Source: Phoronis australis (Eukaryota > Animalia > Phoronida). Taken from it: a stretch of DNA of 64,000 nt. Position numbers and translations under genes: made by a program. The first letter of the stretch is position 1; each line of letters opens with the position of its first letter. Positions 1-14,239 of this stretch are shown in pieces. The stretch is taken from the NCBI GenBank assembly GCA_002633005.1, contig NMRA01000009.1, positions 101,138 to 165,137 of the forward strand, in the 5' to 3' direction. A model generated the notes under the pieces. It was given only the letters and a program-made list of their open reading frames with translations. It was not told the DNA's origin and did no database searches.

Positions 1-550
1 TCTGTTATCGTTATTTATATTTATTGTGTTTGAGAGCATACTCCCTAGATATACCTAAACTCTGATAGATGGGCCGTTTGGTTGATAGTACCAGTTGTGA
101 CCATGCAGTGATTCATAAATATTAACTATCAATTAAGATATTGTACTGCCTCACCTAACACTAGCACCTGTTACATGAACCATCACTAACTGGTAAGTAA
201 ACCAGATTAAGAAAAAAGATAGTTTGTTCTAGTCTGTCTTTTTTTAAATCTGGCTAGAAGTGTGGTGTTTTTTGGTTGCTCATTTTTTTCAAGAAATAAA
301 GTCTACCTGTGACAAGCAAAAATGTTACAGCTTTTTGTATTCACCCCTAACCAGTTTTGTGTGTTGGGGGGGGGGGGGGGGNTGAGAAGGTCCTTATCCT
401 TATTGGTGGCAGCAAACATGGAAATTACATCACAAGCCTGCATGTTCCAAACAATGATCATAATTATGCTTTAGAATAGTGGATTTTGCCACCTAGAAGA
501 TTTTGTTATGCTCAGAATAGTATTTGGTGAATATCAATGTCCAAACGGTG

Positions 551-650
551 CCTTGTGTAAGGCAGACAATCCAAACCATACCTTGTGTAAGGCTGACAAT
601 CCAAACCATACCTTGTGTAAGGCAGGCAATCCAAACCATACCTTGTGTAA
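551..650. repeat. 30-bp tandem repeat x3.3
   Basis: CCTTGTGTAAGGCAGACAATCCAAACCATA units. Confidence 0.85.
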
Positions 651-1134
651 GATTAGTTTTTCTTTAAACTTGCTAAACGCAGCTTTGGGAGCTCATCGTC
701 TAGAATAAAAAATCCGTTATAACGGATATGAACTTATGTAACATCAAAGATGTCGATCAATTATATAAAAAATAGCCTCAACTTCTTGCATAAAAAAACG
801 TGCACGAGACAAAAAATCCGTTATTTCTGTCTGCTCAGTGTATGAGTAAATCTCCAACTTTTCAGCTTTTAAATAATGAACTCTGTTCTGTGTCAAAATC
901 TTCGTGTTGGTTATCTGTTCACTGTGGCAATGAATCCTTAACTACCAAAGCTAATATGAACCGTTCAATTAACTTCACAGATTACACCCCGCTCCTCTCA
1001 CACTGGAGTTATGTTAGCTGAAAAACGCCTTAAGGAACAGTTTGAGACCAATTCCTAAGCTTAAGTGGCTTATATCAAAAGTTGGATTTTATGATGAAAG
1101 GTGGGTTTATAGGTGCTTTAAGACATTATTGCAG

Positions 1135-1250
1135 ACCAATGTCTCCATAGTAACACAAACAAATGTCTCCGTAGTAACACAAACAAATGTCTCCCTAGTA
1201 ACACTAACAAATGGTTCCATAGTAACATACCCATGTCTCCATAGTAACAT
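1135..1250. repeat. 21-bp degenerate tandem repeat
   Basis: CAAATGTCTCCATAGTAACAC-type units. Confidence 0.7.
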
Positions 1251-2809
1251 ACAACACCATAGCAGCAACTTGACTTTGGGGTGAAAAATAGAATACCATG
1301 TCACTGGTCTTAGAAGCCCTGAGAAATTTGGAAAGTTCACTATATTTGAAATCCTGGATGAATACCTGGGTACAAGGCTTGATAAAAAAGACACTAAACC
1401 ATTTTCAGCTAACTGACTGGCTACACTTCACTGACTTAATTCTCAGATTTAACTTAGTTTTAGATTCGGAACTATAATTGCCACCACAAAAACATGCATG
1501 CTATTTCTTAAAGAAAGCAAAATGCACCAAAACTTTCAATTGTCTGTTTTCAGTGAGCTAAGTTAGCAACTGTTAACATGTTAAACCTGTAGTTGAGTTG
1601 AGAGCCACACTTTGACTTGTTAACATGTTAAACGTGTAGTTGAGTTAAGAGCCACAATAATACAAAAATATTTGCAACTTAGTTCATTGTTTTTTTTAAT
1701 AACCCAATTTTTATGGCTTCATACTACCCAATGGTTGGTGCTCAGAATGAGGCAGTGACCGTACCATTAACATAAACTATGAATTATAAATTATAAATTA
1801 GGGAGGCACTTTGAGAACCTGAGTTTTACTTAACGCAAGTTTTTTAAGGTCATAGTTGACTAAATTGCAAAATAAAACATGGATATATTAAATAAATCAC
1901 TCTTTCAATTTTCATGACATAGATTCTGGATTACCTCTTAGCAAAAACTCAAACATGTTAGTTGGATTTTCATGTTCTAAACTTCTTCTTTGATAATCAA
2001 AGACACAGTTACAGTTACAAAATATTTTAATTTGTCGAGTGTTTGCTATTATTTTTACAACAAAATAACAGAAAAAATAAGCGCTGCTATCCAAAACTTT
2101 CAAACAATGGTATGTAAACAGACAAAATTCAGTTTTTTTAATCACGGCTCAAGATTAGAAACATGACACAGCACCAGGTGTGAATATAAGTATCGAGAAC
2201 ACGCTATATTGAGACATGGCCAACGGTTCATTTGCATACTTAATTTTTTGTTTGTTTTGTTATTCAGTAGACTACCTGCACTAATAATCAATGTTCAACT
2301 CTTATACAGTAGTTCTCAATAATGGCTATAGAATTCCACTTTTCAACCATATCGTCTACTAAATTAAAGAAATTTTATCATGATAAAAATATAGCAATGC
2401 AAGTTTAGAAATCATTAAACAAAAATATATACCATGAATAAAACATTAAAACAAAATTGATGTTTAAATAAAAAACACATATTGAAATATTTTAAATTAA
2501 AAACTTAGGATATTAACACCTGCAGTGTAAAATATGTTTTAGTTTCACCTTCTAAATTTAAAACAAAGGCCCACATAAAACTATTAACAAATTGAAAACA
2601 TGAAACAGGTGACCAGAACATCAAAGGAGTGAGTACCATTAAATCACAAGTAATTTACAACTTGCAAATTACAATGAGCATAAAATATTATTGATGTGCA
2701 CACTAACATGATTTCTGAAAGTTACATAGGTAAGGGTAAAAATTTTTGGGAGAAATTAATTGCTAAAATTACCACCAGTGTATTTTTAAACACTCCTACA
2801 TTTGACATA

Positions 2810-5296
2810 CCGTAATCGTTCGGGTTAACGCCCTGGGCGGTTAAATTGGCGAATCCAAAAAATCGGGGGAGGGCGGTTAACCGAGCAGTGGGAAATAGTA
2901 AAGAACAGCCAGCTATTTTTTAAATCTGCTAACCAGTTTGACTGAGATGCAATAAGCGAAAAACAAAATGTAACTAGCCGTTTTTTATTACTTCAAGATC
3001 ATACACAAACATAATTATTGCCAACGTTTGAAGTCAGAAATCGACAGGCAGCAACGAAATTGGTAACCCAGTAAGGCACTTGTACTGTCCCTTCGGTCGC
3101 TCCACATCCTCTATAACCCGGCAGTTATATTCATCAAAATATTGAGAATTTGACATCTTTGTGAGATTTGTTCACAATACGAGAGCTTCCCACCTTAATA
3201 GAATTTGGAGGGTTGGCAAAACCATTGTTACGTTTCTCTGGCCTGATTTTTTCGAATATATGTTTTATCTAGTGCACTGCAGACGAAAACTCAGCGCGGC
3301 AGACAAAGTCGCTGAAAGCGGAGGTTTTGACGCCGGCGGCGTTCTTGAACTTTGCAAACAAGGGAAGAAAATAAAGTGACAAAAAGGTTCAAGTATTATA
3401 TTTTGAAGTGAGTTCATGACCCAAGACAATAACTCGTTACCTGTATTGTAATTCAGATTGCTGAACCACCGNNNNNNNNNNNNNNNNNNNNNNNNNNNNN
3501 NNNNNNNNNNNNNNNNCGTGACTCAATGACATTTTCAGCGTATGGTTCTGCGGCTAGCTGTCTTATCTCGACAGCCCGGCATTGCTCTATTGCCGTTGCG
3601 CCAAACATGCTATGCAAAGAAGTAAGACAAGGATCGGGGGTGGTCGAGCCAGTCGTTGATCAAGAATAAAATTTCAAGCAACTGCATAATGTTACAAAAT
3701 GTCGGAAAACAACAATGTTTCAATTCATTATTCTAAAGGATCACCTTACCAAACTTCGTGGTGGAAAAACATTTATTTTTCATGCAAGATGTCCAGATTA
3801 TCCTATTTATATCACTTGTAATATCGCACTGCGGCACTGTTCGGTCCCGCTGTTATCGCGCAATGTCTCAGTCGGCTGACAATCGTGACTTGGAAATGCC
3901 GTCAAGTAATATAACAGCCTCTTTCAATACGCATCTCGTTTTTTATGGCCAAAGATAGTGACGGTATTCAGCATGCACGTTGGGCCTACGTGTGAGTCAC
4001 CTGTCAATCACAAGTTGGTGTCAAGGTAACATGCACTCCAAAGTGTGGGAACTTGCGCACGTGCACCACCACAAATCAGTCACACATAGCGACAGGCCGA
4101 AGTAACAAACACGGGCATGACTATGTGCTTTTAAGCTGTTGTTACGAAAGACCCAGTTCTTTACGATATTCCTCCATTGTCAATGTTCCCCAAAACTGCG
4201 ATGTCAAGTCTATTGCCATATTTCCCGGCTCGATGCTTCCTCAGCCCATCCCTGTAACTAGCTTTGTGAATCTCCTACCCACTATCGTCAAGCAGTCTAC
4301 GTCGTAGACATTTCAGACTCGAATGGTAAGAATTTTTGTTCAGGCTGAAAATGGCCAATGTATAAACAAAATTATTCTGGATGGCTAAAAAGAGGATGTG
4401 GAAACGATAATTCACACAGTCACGCTTACGTGGGCGCTGACGCAAGAAATAGTAAAGAACAGCCAGCGACATTAGTTAAATCTGCTAACCAGTTTGACTG
4501 AGATGCAATAAGCGAAAAACAAAATGTAACTAGCCGTTTTTTATTACTTCAAGATCATACACAAACATAATTATTGCCAACGTTTGAAGTCAGAAATCGA
4601 CAGGCAGCAACGAAATTGGTAACCCAGTAAGGCACTTGTACTGTCCCTTCGGTCGCTCCACATCCTCTATAACCCGGCAGTTATATTCATCAAAATATTG
4701 AGAATTTGACATCTTTGTGAGATTTGTTCAAAATACGAGAGCTTCCCACCTTAATAGAATTTGGAGGGTTGGCAAAACCATTGTCACGTTTCTCTGGCCT
4801 GATTTTTTCGAATATATGTTTTATCTAGTGCACTGCAGACGAAAACTCAGCGCGGCAGACAAAGTCGCTGAAAGCGGAGGTTTTGACGCCGGCGGCGTTC
4901 TTGAACTTTGCAAACAAGGGAAGAAAATAAAGTGACAAAAAGGTTCAAGTATTATATTTTGAAGTGAGTTCATGACCCAAGACAATAACTCGTTACCTGT
5001 ATTGTAATTCAGATTGCTGAACCACCGTCTCGGAGTCCCGGCGTCATTGCAATCATTGTGCTCATCGATCTTTTTCTAAAAGTCGGGGAATCGCGTGTTT
5101 CCTTAGCACTAGGCTGTAAATCTTCATTCTTTAAAAGTCGGGATGGGCGCATAACCGAGAGGTGGGCGCTTAACTGGAAATTTTCAAAAATCGCAGGGGG
5201 TCGCTTAACCGAGCAGTGGGCGGTTAAATCGAAAATCCACTTAAAGTCGGGGATGGGCGGTTAACTGAGCATGGGCATTAACCCGAACGATTACGG
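2810..5296. mobile_element. Non-autonomous Tc1/mariner/pogo-like DNA transposon
   Basis: TIR CCGTAATCGTTCGGGTTAAYGCCC at both ends, TA duplication (2808-09, 5297-98). Contains an assembly gap and a duplicated segment; no transposase ORF. Confidence 0.8.
3472..3516. other. Assembly gap (N run)
   Basis: 45 consecutive N. Confidence 0.99.
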
Positions 5297-6792
5297 TAGT
5301 TACAAGGGCCACCTTTATACATTTGACATCGTTACAAGCACTAAACTTTACTAAATATTGCAAAGTGGCAGTAGCACTACACAAACTATGTTACCGTAGC
5401 AAGAAATTAGAAAACTTGTATTTAGTAAACAAGTATTTTTACTGAAAATTTTCATAATACGAAATTCTACTTCGCAGCAATATTGTATGTGAAACTAAAT
5501 AACTTACATTTCAAAATCGACATAAATAAGAATTCAAGTGGCATTCCTTGCTTGCTTCACACCTTGTTTTAAAAAAGTAACATTGTATAAATAAACTTGT
5601 ACAATAAAACATACCAAACTCTGTTTTGCTCCTTTTCAAACCCAGGAATCCATTGTAGCTACTAGTTACAGTTCAAAGACAGGATGAAAATATTTATTTT
5701 CCACAGGACAAAGAATAAAGCAATGGGCAAATATAACTGGAAAACCCATTTACAGACAGGTTAAAAGCCTGTAGTTAACTGACAGTACTCTGCTGATAAA
5801 CATACATGAGCAGAGACAATGACTAAAACAGCCAGTCCAGATCACCTTACAGCTCCATAGGAGTTCTCTCACAATAGGGACAATACAAAATCACCAGAGA
5901 CAAATTGCTCAAGCTTTACACTAGTTAACAGCCAAGAGTAATGCAGAGCAGAGGTGATGGGACTCCCTGGTGAACAAGAAGGTTTTCACTCAAGGCAAAT
6001 ACTCCTGCAGGGAAAGGAAATACTCCTGGGCGAATGGAAATACTCTTGGAGAGGTCAATTTTATTTTTTGATAAGTGCAGTAACTCCATTGACAGACTTG
6101 TAAATAGGGAGCCATTGGTAGGAACAATTCCTGCTTACATTGAGTTGTGTAACAGAAACACCATCCCTATTGGCTATTGAAAGGGTTAATTAATGCAATG
6201 AACCTATCCCTTTTGCATATTCTTGCTCAGCTGAATTGTTAAATCCTGAAGCCCACAACAACACGACAAGAGATGCTATGTTATCAAAAATGACTACATC
6301 TTTTGCAATAAGTCCTTAAAATACATCTATTAGTGAAAACCATTCTGCTGATTTGTGAACTTGAAAAAAGATTTTATGAAGTGTTTCAAAGTAACTCCCT
6401 AAATGAACCCTTTTGTAAGGAATTTTGATGGAAAAGGCGCCCTTAGTAGAGGAGCAAGTCATGAAGTCGCCTTTTCTGAGCAACACGTCCAGTATACTTC
6501 TTTTGAGAAAGTGTCCCTTCGACGAAGCCCCCCCCCCCAGACGAAGCCACCCCCCAGACGAAGCCTCTAAATTGTGAATGCCTAATACTTAACTTAGGGA
6601 ACAGCTGGATATTTTCAAAGAAACACAAAATATAGCTACTTCTCAAATAACTCAGGATTTGGGAAATGGTTGACAATGGTGAAAACTGCTCAACTTACAG
6701 ACAGCACCACATGAACCAAGTTATAATAAATTTATATCAAAATACAGAACAAAGAACATGAACAGTATATTTGAAGCTAAGGCTCATTCAAA

Positions 6793-6902
6793 TTTCCAGG
6801 CCAACACAAGTCAAACTACCTTGGGATCAAGTTTCCAGGCCAACACAAGTCAAACTACCTTGGCTTCAAGTTTCCAGGCCAACACAAGTCAAAATACCTT
6901 GG
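6793..6902. repeat. 38-39-bp tandem repeat x3
   Basis: TTTCCAGGCCAACACAAGTCAAACTACCTTGG units. Confidence 0.85.
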
Positions 6903-8149
6903 GTTGAAGCAGTACTAACCACACCGTTTGTTTTCTAATCTGCCTGCGGAGAAAACAACATCAAAAAGCCGGCTTCCTTTGAATTATAACAAGCGGTACC
7001 ATGTCAGCCATGGACTCCCTGCAATGGGCCAGACACCACTAAAGAGAGCCGACAGATGAAGGGTTTAAAAAATAAACCAGCCAATTAAACAATTCCTATT
7101 CCTTTTTCTCCCTTCACCAATGGCAACTGTGCGAGATTAGGTGTTTTCATGTTGTTGCAAAAATGGTAATGCCGTGCCCTAATTTCTTCTCTTTGATCTT
7201 GAGCAAATTATGGAAAAGTTACAGCACGTACTTGCAGACAACCACTATCAAGATCTTTTACATCGAATGGAATTTGAGGAGAGCAGCTAGATCTAATATC
7301 AAATTACTTGCCACTTAATTAGCAGAACTTCTATCAGCAGGAAATTAATCTGTAGTCGTCAGAACAAAAAACAGTTAAACACCATTCAATAATTATAAGA
7401 TAACATTCCAACTACTAAAACTACAATTTCTCGGACTTATATAAAACATCTTTGCCACATTTCTCAGCAGAAGTAGAAAAAACAGCACAAAAGTGACACC
7501 ATTGTCAGTCGGTGTTTATTACAAAGATCTCCCTAAATGTGTTCAAACATAGTGCAGTACTACCGTATGTCTGAAAAGTTCTGAGACAAGTTTGGAAATC
7601 AAGAGCCATGTATGAAAAGCTGGCACTCATGTCTTGAGCCAGGTATGAGAGGCAGGATTTTTTCTGCTTTACAAGAACTAGATTGGAATGGTTTGTAGAT
7701 TTTTACTATTTTTCTATAAAAATGATACAAGATAACGGGTACTGTTTAGGTAAATAAGTTGGAACAGAGTATGAGCCAAATTTGTACTTCTTGCCTGGGA
7801 AAACTTTGTAATATCTCAATAATCATTTTTGTTGATTTTCCATACAAAGTCTATCACCATTTTTTGTGTACCACCATATAATGCTGTTGTGTCTGGTAAT
7901 GGCCATGATATATTTCCCTTTTTATGATATGTAAAGTTAATGACCCGCATCCTTTTATTTAGTGGCCCCCATTCTAACTCGTATATCAAAAATCTAAGCC
8001 TTGTCAACTAGTAATAGTATATACTTTCTAAAAGAAAAAAATCAGGGAATACAAAAATGTTTTGTATTAATGCACCATTATTATTATTATTACATTAACA
8101 CCTTTTGAACATCAAAATTTCGTTTTTAAGAAAGGTACATTCATAACAA

Positions 8150-9232
8150 AGTAAACCCTCGGTCGACTTTAATGAAATCTTTTTAAATGAAAACTTCACC
8201 AGTTACCTCAAAAACGCTGATAGGAATTGTCAAATAGTCTTTTCACTTGGTTTCTATGAAAAATCAACTCGTAAAACATAAGGTATTTTTATAAAAAGTA
8301 GAAGTCGTATTCGTCTTTGTTACATTACGCAAAAACAAAGCCTTTATATCAAAAATTCTGTTAAATTGATAAATAATTATTAACATTGGAAAGTTTCAGT
8401 GAAATCCACCGAGCCGTTTTCGAGAACTCATGTTCGTAAGTTCAAATAAAGTTGATTTACCGAAGCCGAGAAAAAGTGGATTAAACTGGGACGAGTGGAA
8501 ATCTCAAAGTCTTCCGATAATTATTCGGTGAAAACTTGTTTTCGGTAAATATAACCTATACATGCCATAACCATGTTAGCTATTTCAACATTCACTCGCT
8601 ATGTCAATTGAATTTGCAGTGCGTAATCGACTTAATTATCGTTTAAACGTACCGTCTCCAGCCAAGAGGTCGGATCAACTGTTACAGTTGCTTGACCTAC
8701 TTAAAAGTAGATCAGTTCATTGTTATACATATGGTCTGTACACATCACGTGCCGCGAGACTGATACGAAACCAAGTAAGAAATGTATAACAAAAATTGAG
8801 TCGGTGGTTAAAGCATGTCGTTAGCATGAGACTGAAACAGCAAAATGTCAAATTACTTCTTGAATTAAGTATGCATGTTAATGCACAACTCCCTCAGGAT
8901 CAAAACTAGGTTTTGTCTTAGTTTTCCCCAGCACCGTTCTATCATATGCACACCTCGTTGACTCAATATTATGGCGACTCGGTGAATGCTCTGTACCTGG
9001 CGAAAGATTCAGTTTGGGTGACAACCCTGTAACCTTTGACCTCGGATAAGAAGTAAACAAATATCCACGTGGTTGTGCGGTTCCACGGTGGTTCTACTCA
9101 ATCTTTTTTCTCACTACATGGTACCGTATATATATTTTGTATTTGAAGTTCCCCGAGAATGAAGATATGGTATTTTGCTAGACACATGTGGAATTTTATA
9201 AAAAATTGTGAATAAGGTTTGAGATAGCCTTA
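8150..9232. mobile_element. DNA transposon remnant
   Basis: CpG-rich block in CpG-poor intron, ending GGTTTGAGATAGCC|TTAA; the left terminus is not resolved. Confidence 0.35.
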
Positions 9233-10294
9233 AGAGTTTTGTTTAATCTGTGATGAGTAGTCACTGTTCATTTATGTACTGATGATTCCTCTTCCAGAAA
9301 GTTTTTGAAAGAACTATTTTATGAAATTTCATCATTTCCACGACTCTTAAGTATTCACTAAAGCCAGATCTATGAAAACAATGCTAAATGGGCAGACATG
9401 TACGCACTTGCTCATTAAAAATTTCAAGCTATAAATACCACTAGCACATAATATTCAAAAAGATATAAAGTGCATATCACCATACCTTCCCAGAAATAAA
9501 ATTTTCTATTTAGATTATGTAAAAGAAACAGCCCAGTGACTTTGCATCGCCGCCAAGCACTGATCAATAACAATCATGAGTGAGGGACTATATTGCTCTC
9601 CTTAATTTACATAATATGCAAATGAATGAAATTCTGATTTTGTCAGTCTTTGAAGTTTGGTTAAGATTGGCCATTTGATTAATGTTTTGTATTTAATTTC
9701 TATTTTACTAACATAAACGATCTAAATTCTGGTCTTAGTCACTTAGTTGCTGAGGGTAATACCAAAACAATACTGTGTTCAGCAACAAACATCAAGCTGA
9801 GTGTTAAGTAAATAAATAATGAACATCAACCAAAAAGAAAAAACATTTCAAATTAAACTAATAATCTTGAAGATGCTATATGGCATTAAAACATTGACTG
9901 TGTATGGTAAATAAGTTTGCTAACAAACTACCAAAGCCAACTGCAGTACAACTGAAGGTGAAATCTTGTGCAAGTCTTGAGTTTACAACTTTTTTTGTTC
10001 TAATATTTATGCAAACTTAATCATGATGAACGGAAGAAAGCAGCTGGTCTGACTGTTAAGTTAGTGCACTTTTCTAGTAACAGGATTTAGCCACTTTAAA
10101 TGAAATGGGAATTCCTTGAAAACCACCCGTAAGCCAGTGCAGCCTTTTGACGATCTATTTCATATCTTTATTAAACGATCACTTAAGTGCCGACCACACT
10201 ATGAGTTACCCTAGTACAAGTTAGTCCTGGACAAACTTGTCGTTAAGTTTAGTAGTAGTGAAGAAGATGCTTGTGTTGGGACAACTTGACTAAA

Positions 10295-10450
10295 ATGTGA
10301 CAGCGCCCCCTACCTTACTTGACAAACATGTGACAGCGCCCCCTACCTTACTTGACTAACATGTGACAGCTCCCCCTACCTTAATTGACTAACATGTGAC
10401 AGCTCTCCCTACCTTAATTGACAAACATATGACAGCGCCCCCTACCTTAG
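10295..10450. repeat. 33-bp minisatellite x~4.7
   Basis: TGTGACAGCGCCCCCTACCTTACTTGACAAACA units. Confidence 0.88.
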
Positions 10451-11635
10451 CATAGGAGGGTTCTAGGACAACTTGACCAGTGTGCGTGCTTGCGTGGACA
10501 CAAACCTCCAGGCAAGGTGGAAGTAATTAGCACCTCAGTCCTGCCCACTAGCTCAGTCTGTTTCTAGGTGTAGTGTAGCCACAAATTATAAAAAACGGTG
10601 AGAAATCTGATTGCATTAAACCACCAAAAAAGATTGAAGAACACTGTCCACCAACTACAATAGCGCCATCTAGTGACAAGAATTATTCCATTACGTCACC
10701 ACTACATGGAGAATAGCTAATCAATAAGCGCACCTGTCAAATTCTAAACATCAATTTTTAGTGAGGTAAAGTATCATCAAATATTATATCTTTTGCTTTC
10801 ATATAACAAACAGATACTCTAACAATAGCAGTTGATTATTCTTTGCATATCACTTTTGCAGGGTAAAGTTATATGAGGACTGTTTAGTTAACGACTTCAA
10901 GGGTCACAAAAATGAGTTGTGAATTGATGAAATAAAGCCAGTTAAGCCTTCGTGTATATTGTGGTACAACTGGAGCTCAAAGGTATTACTTTTGGTTTAC
11001 CTGAGTTACCTGACCACTTCATTATTACTTTGAAGTTGTAGTTTTGGACTCTGTAAAGTAGAGCTCACTATAACGACAACAATGGCAGAAAAGAAATGTA
11101 CAGTACCTAGTTTTCATAATTCCAAACATGACCTTTAAAAACGTTGCTTTTTGCTTTGAGAAATACCGTAGCTACAAACAATATTTCGAGTTCTTTATGT
11201 ATAGAAGGGAGAAGTTTGGTAACGATGCACAAAAAACTTCTACTTTATTAAAACTTTTCCTATATTAATATCAAAAATATTAGTAGATTTTTTTTACCAA
11301 TAATACAACAAATGCAAGCCGCAGGCCTTGTATTTCAGCCACATACTCGTATAACATACATATACATAACTTTTACCATAGCATGAATTTGAAGTGAACA
11401 CAACATTTTCATTGGGAATTACTTCAGCTGACATGTGTCAGCTTGGTTATGATGTATCATTTCTTTATTAAGTCATTGTTATGCCTCCAGACGGAACAAT
11501 GCAACTTCAGGCTTTAGACTAATCAGCTCTTACCAGTTCTTTGTGTGGGCAGCATTAATCCGACACAAGAAGTGTCAGTAATTCTATTCGACCAATATAG
11601 TGGAGAGCTCGTTCTACCTTGAAAGGAACACTTAC

Positions 11636-12700
11636 CTGTGTCCCTACGGTGTCTGGAAGCAACTTTTAGTTAACAAGTCTTGAGTGACGGACTCGAAATA
11701 AAAAATACAAAATACTATAAATATGAGAATAGACATTTGAAGATTGTTGTGACCTATTGTGTAGACCTGCAAGGGGCAAACTGTCTCAGTCCTCAAAATC
11801 AGAGTTTTACATAGCGACCACAAGGTCTTTAATTTCGACATGGAATTTTGAAAATCTTACCAATCGACATAATTCAACCTGATATAGAGCTCCATCGAGA
11901 TGGTTTTTGAACAAATTTCAAACTGGGAAATGGTTGCAATGACATACCACATTGAAATTATCGCACTTGCATCAAGTTGTGGCTCCACAATGATAACATG
12001 TTGTATCCAAAATATATTCATGTTCATTGAAATACGTACATGTTTACCACACACATCTTGATAATGCTATGTAATAAACATGTCACGTGACCACAAAATA
12101 ACCATCGTCATGTAATCAAAACAAAACTAGTTTCTGCATAGTGTCGAGCGACTCAGCATCAAGATTTCAAACAAAATGTTTAGTTGTGTTTTCAACAAAG
12201 TTTGTGTTAACAAAGGGCTGCTACCAAGATATACTGACGTAACACGTTATTGATAAAACAGGAGTTGTCTGCCTCCAATCCGGGACCAAAGTCGAAACCA
12301 AGAATGCACCAAAGTAGGGCAAATTAGCCATAATAATATTACGAGTCGCAGTCGCTACTGAGTGAAACATGGATAAACTGATTGGTGACAATAAGTAAAC
12401 ATGAGGAGAGTACGAGGTGGCCACTGACAGATATGGGGAAGAGGTGTGGTTACTGACAGATATAGGGAGGAGGTGTGGCTACTGACAGATATGGGGAGGA
12501 GGTGTGGCTACTGACAGATATGGGGAGGTGTGGTTACTGACAGATATACGGAGGTGTGGCTACTGACAGATATGGGGAGGAGGTGTGGCTACTGACACAT
12601 ATGGGGACCAAGCTGACGTAGTGGGAGTCCAACAATTTATAGAATCGAAAAAAATGAAAAACACCAAGCAAAAAACGTGAGTGACATCAAAACTTGTGAA
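11636..12700 (-). promoter_or_regulatory. Candidate intronic alternative promoter/first exon of TCF
   Basis: Non-TE-looking CpG-retaining stretch with GTCACGTGAC (12082-12091), TGACGT (12235-12240, about 12614), ATTGG (12381-12385) and a consensus donor CAG|GTAAGT at 11636 in TCF orientation. Confidence 0.3.
12424..12606. repeat. 26-29-bp G-rich minisatellite x~6.5
   Basis: CTGACAGATATGGGGAGGAGGTGTGGCTA units. Confidence 0.88.
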
Positions 12701-14239
12701 ACCTGGCTTTTCAGTGTCATATTCCTAGGCGTATTGGCCAAAGAGGAAAAATTAAGACTCAGCGAAGAAACGGGTTCGATCTAAGTATATGGTATAAATA
12801 TGTTGAACTATATGTATTTTTATATGGGTTCGGCTTCATGAAAATACTCACATAGCACAACCATCTCAGCTAACAACACATCCATATAGAAACACATGTA
12901 ATTTAACATATATTTAACTTTGAGAAAGAATAAAATGTGAATAGAAGTCATGCTCTAAAGGCATTTGAAGTGGCAGACGAGACACAAGAACGTTATCAAG
13001 CTAACGCCAACAGACAATTATCTGGTGTCGAGAAACTCAGAAGTCCCTGATGTATGATCAGACAATAATCTGCGACCGACAGTCATCGAGATGCTTGTTA
13101 ATACAGCAACCAGAGACCCACAGCATGGCTAATGGAGAGTCTATTGGTAGCAAAGTGAATATTCCACTTATTATGAAATTAGATGAAGTTGTGCGATGGA
13201 CTTGAAGTAATTCGGTTCCTATTCCACTTGAAGCTGCAGGATAAAACAACTTAGGCTGGAGACTGAAGGACTAAAACGCCCAAAGAGCCTTGTTTATGTT
13301 GTATTGTTTTAGCTTCCACTGCCTTCAGTCAGATTGCTTTTGCACAATAGAATCAATAACTGACCTACAACAGATTTCTAACATAGAACCAGGCAGTATT
13401 TAATTAGGAAGGACGGGAGAACTTTAGTGTGAAAGAAACATCAATGGCCACAAGACCAAACTAAATTTTTTGAACTTGTGACCAGCAGGGAGACTATGTT
13501 TGTAGACTTGTATGTTTCTAATTATACCTCACACTCAAAAACTTATAAATGTACTTCACACGTGTACAACATTGTAATAAATCTGAACAAATATTTTCAA
13601 TCTACATACAGTAAGACAATTAAGCATTTTAAAACAATTTTATATCAAGATGTTCATTAAACATCTCCCCTAGGACAATTTCACAAGTCAAATCCCCAGT
13701 GAAATGAAAATGTGACAGCCAGTTATGCACAAGTCATTACTGCCAATACCCGATCAAATAAAAACAATGACAAATTATTGAAGCAGAGAAGTTAGTAGGT
13801 GAGCTCAATAGACGAAGTCATTTGAGTGTGAACTACCTGGATAACAGCATGTATTTCTGTCAATAGAAGTATGAAGCTGAGGTTACATGGCTTCACTGCA
13901 TGTCCTAAAGAATCGATACAAGTATTCATTAAGATAATAAAACATAGACTTGAGGGCAAGTTAAGCACTTTTTGTATAACAATGCATCTTAAATGAAGTA
14001 AAAAACATATGACACACAACTGACCAGCCAGACATGTTGCATTCATAAAAAGAACAGATGACGACTTTGTCTATTTTGCAGCCACAAATTAATGAATTTT
14101 AAGAGTGATACAAAATTTTCTTTCATAACATATAACAAATTTTTGACAGGATATTATATTTTTTGTTTCAAAATAAGCCCTTGACCAACTTAATTTTTAA
14201 AGATACCTAACAAAGAACTTTTTTCAAAATTTCCACATC

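Noticed and set aside
2893-5027. Near-identical 580-bp duplication (2893-3471 vs 4447-5027) giving twin 72-aa ORFs
   Set aside because: The first copy ends exactly at the N gap inside a transposon; probably uncollapsed haplotypes. The ORFs have no recognisable domain.
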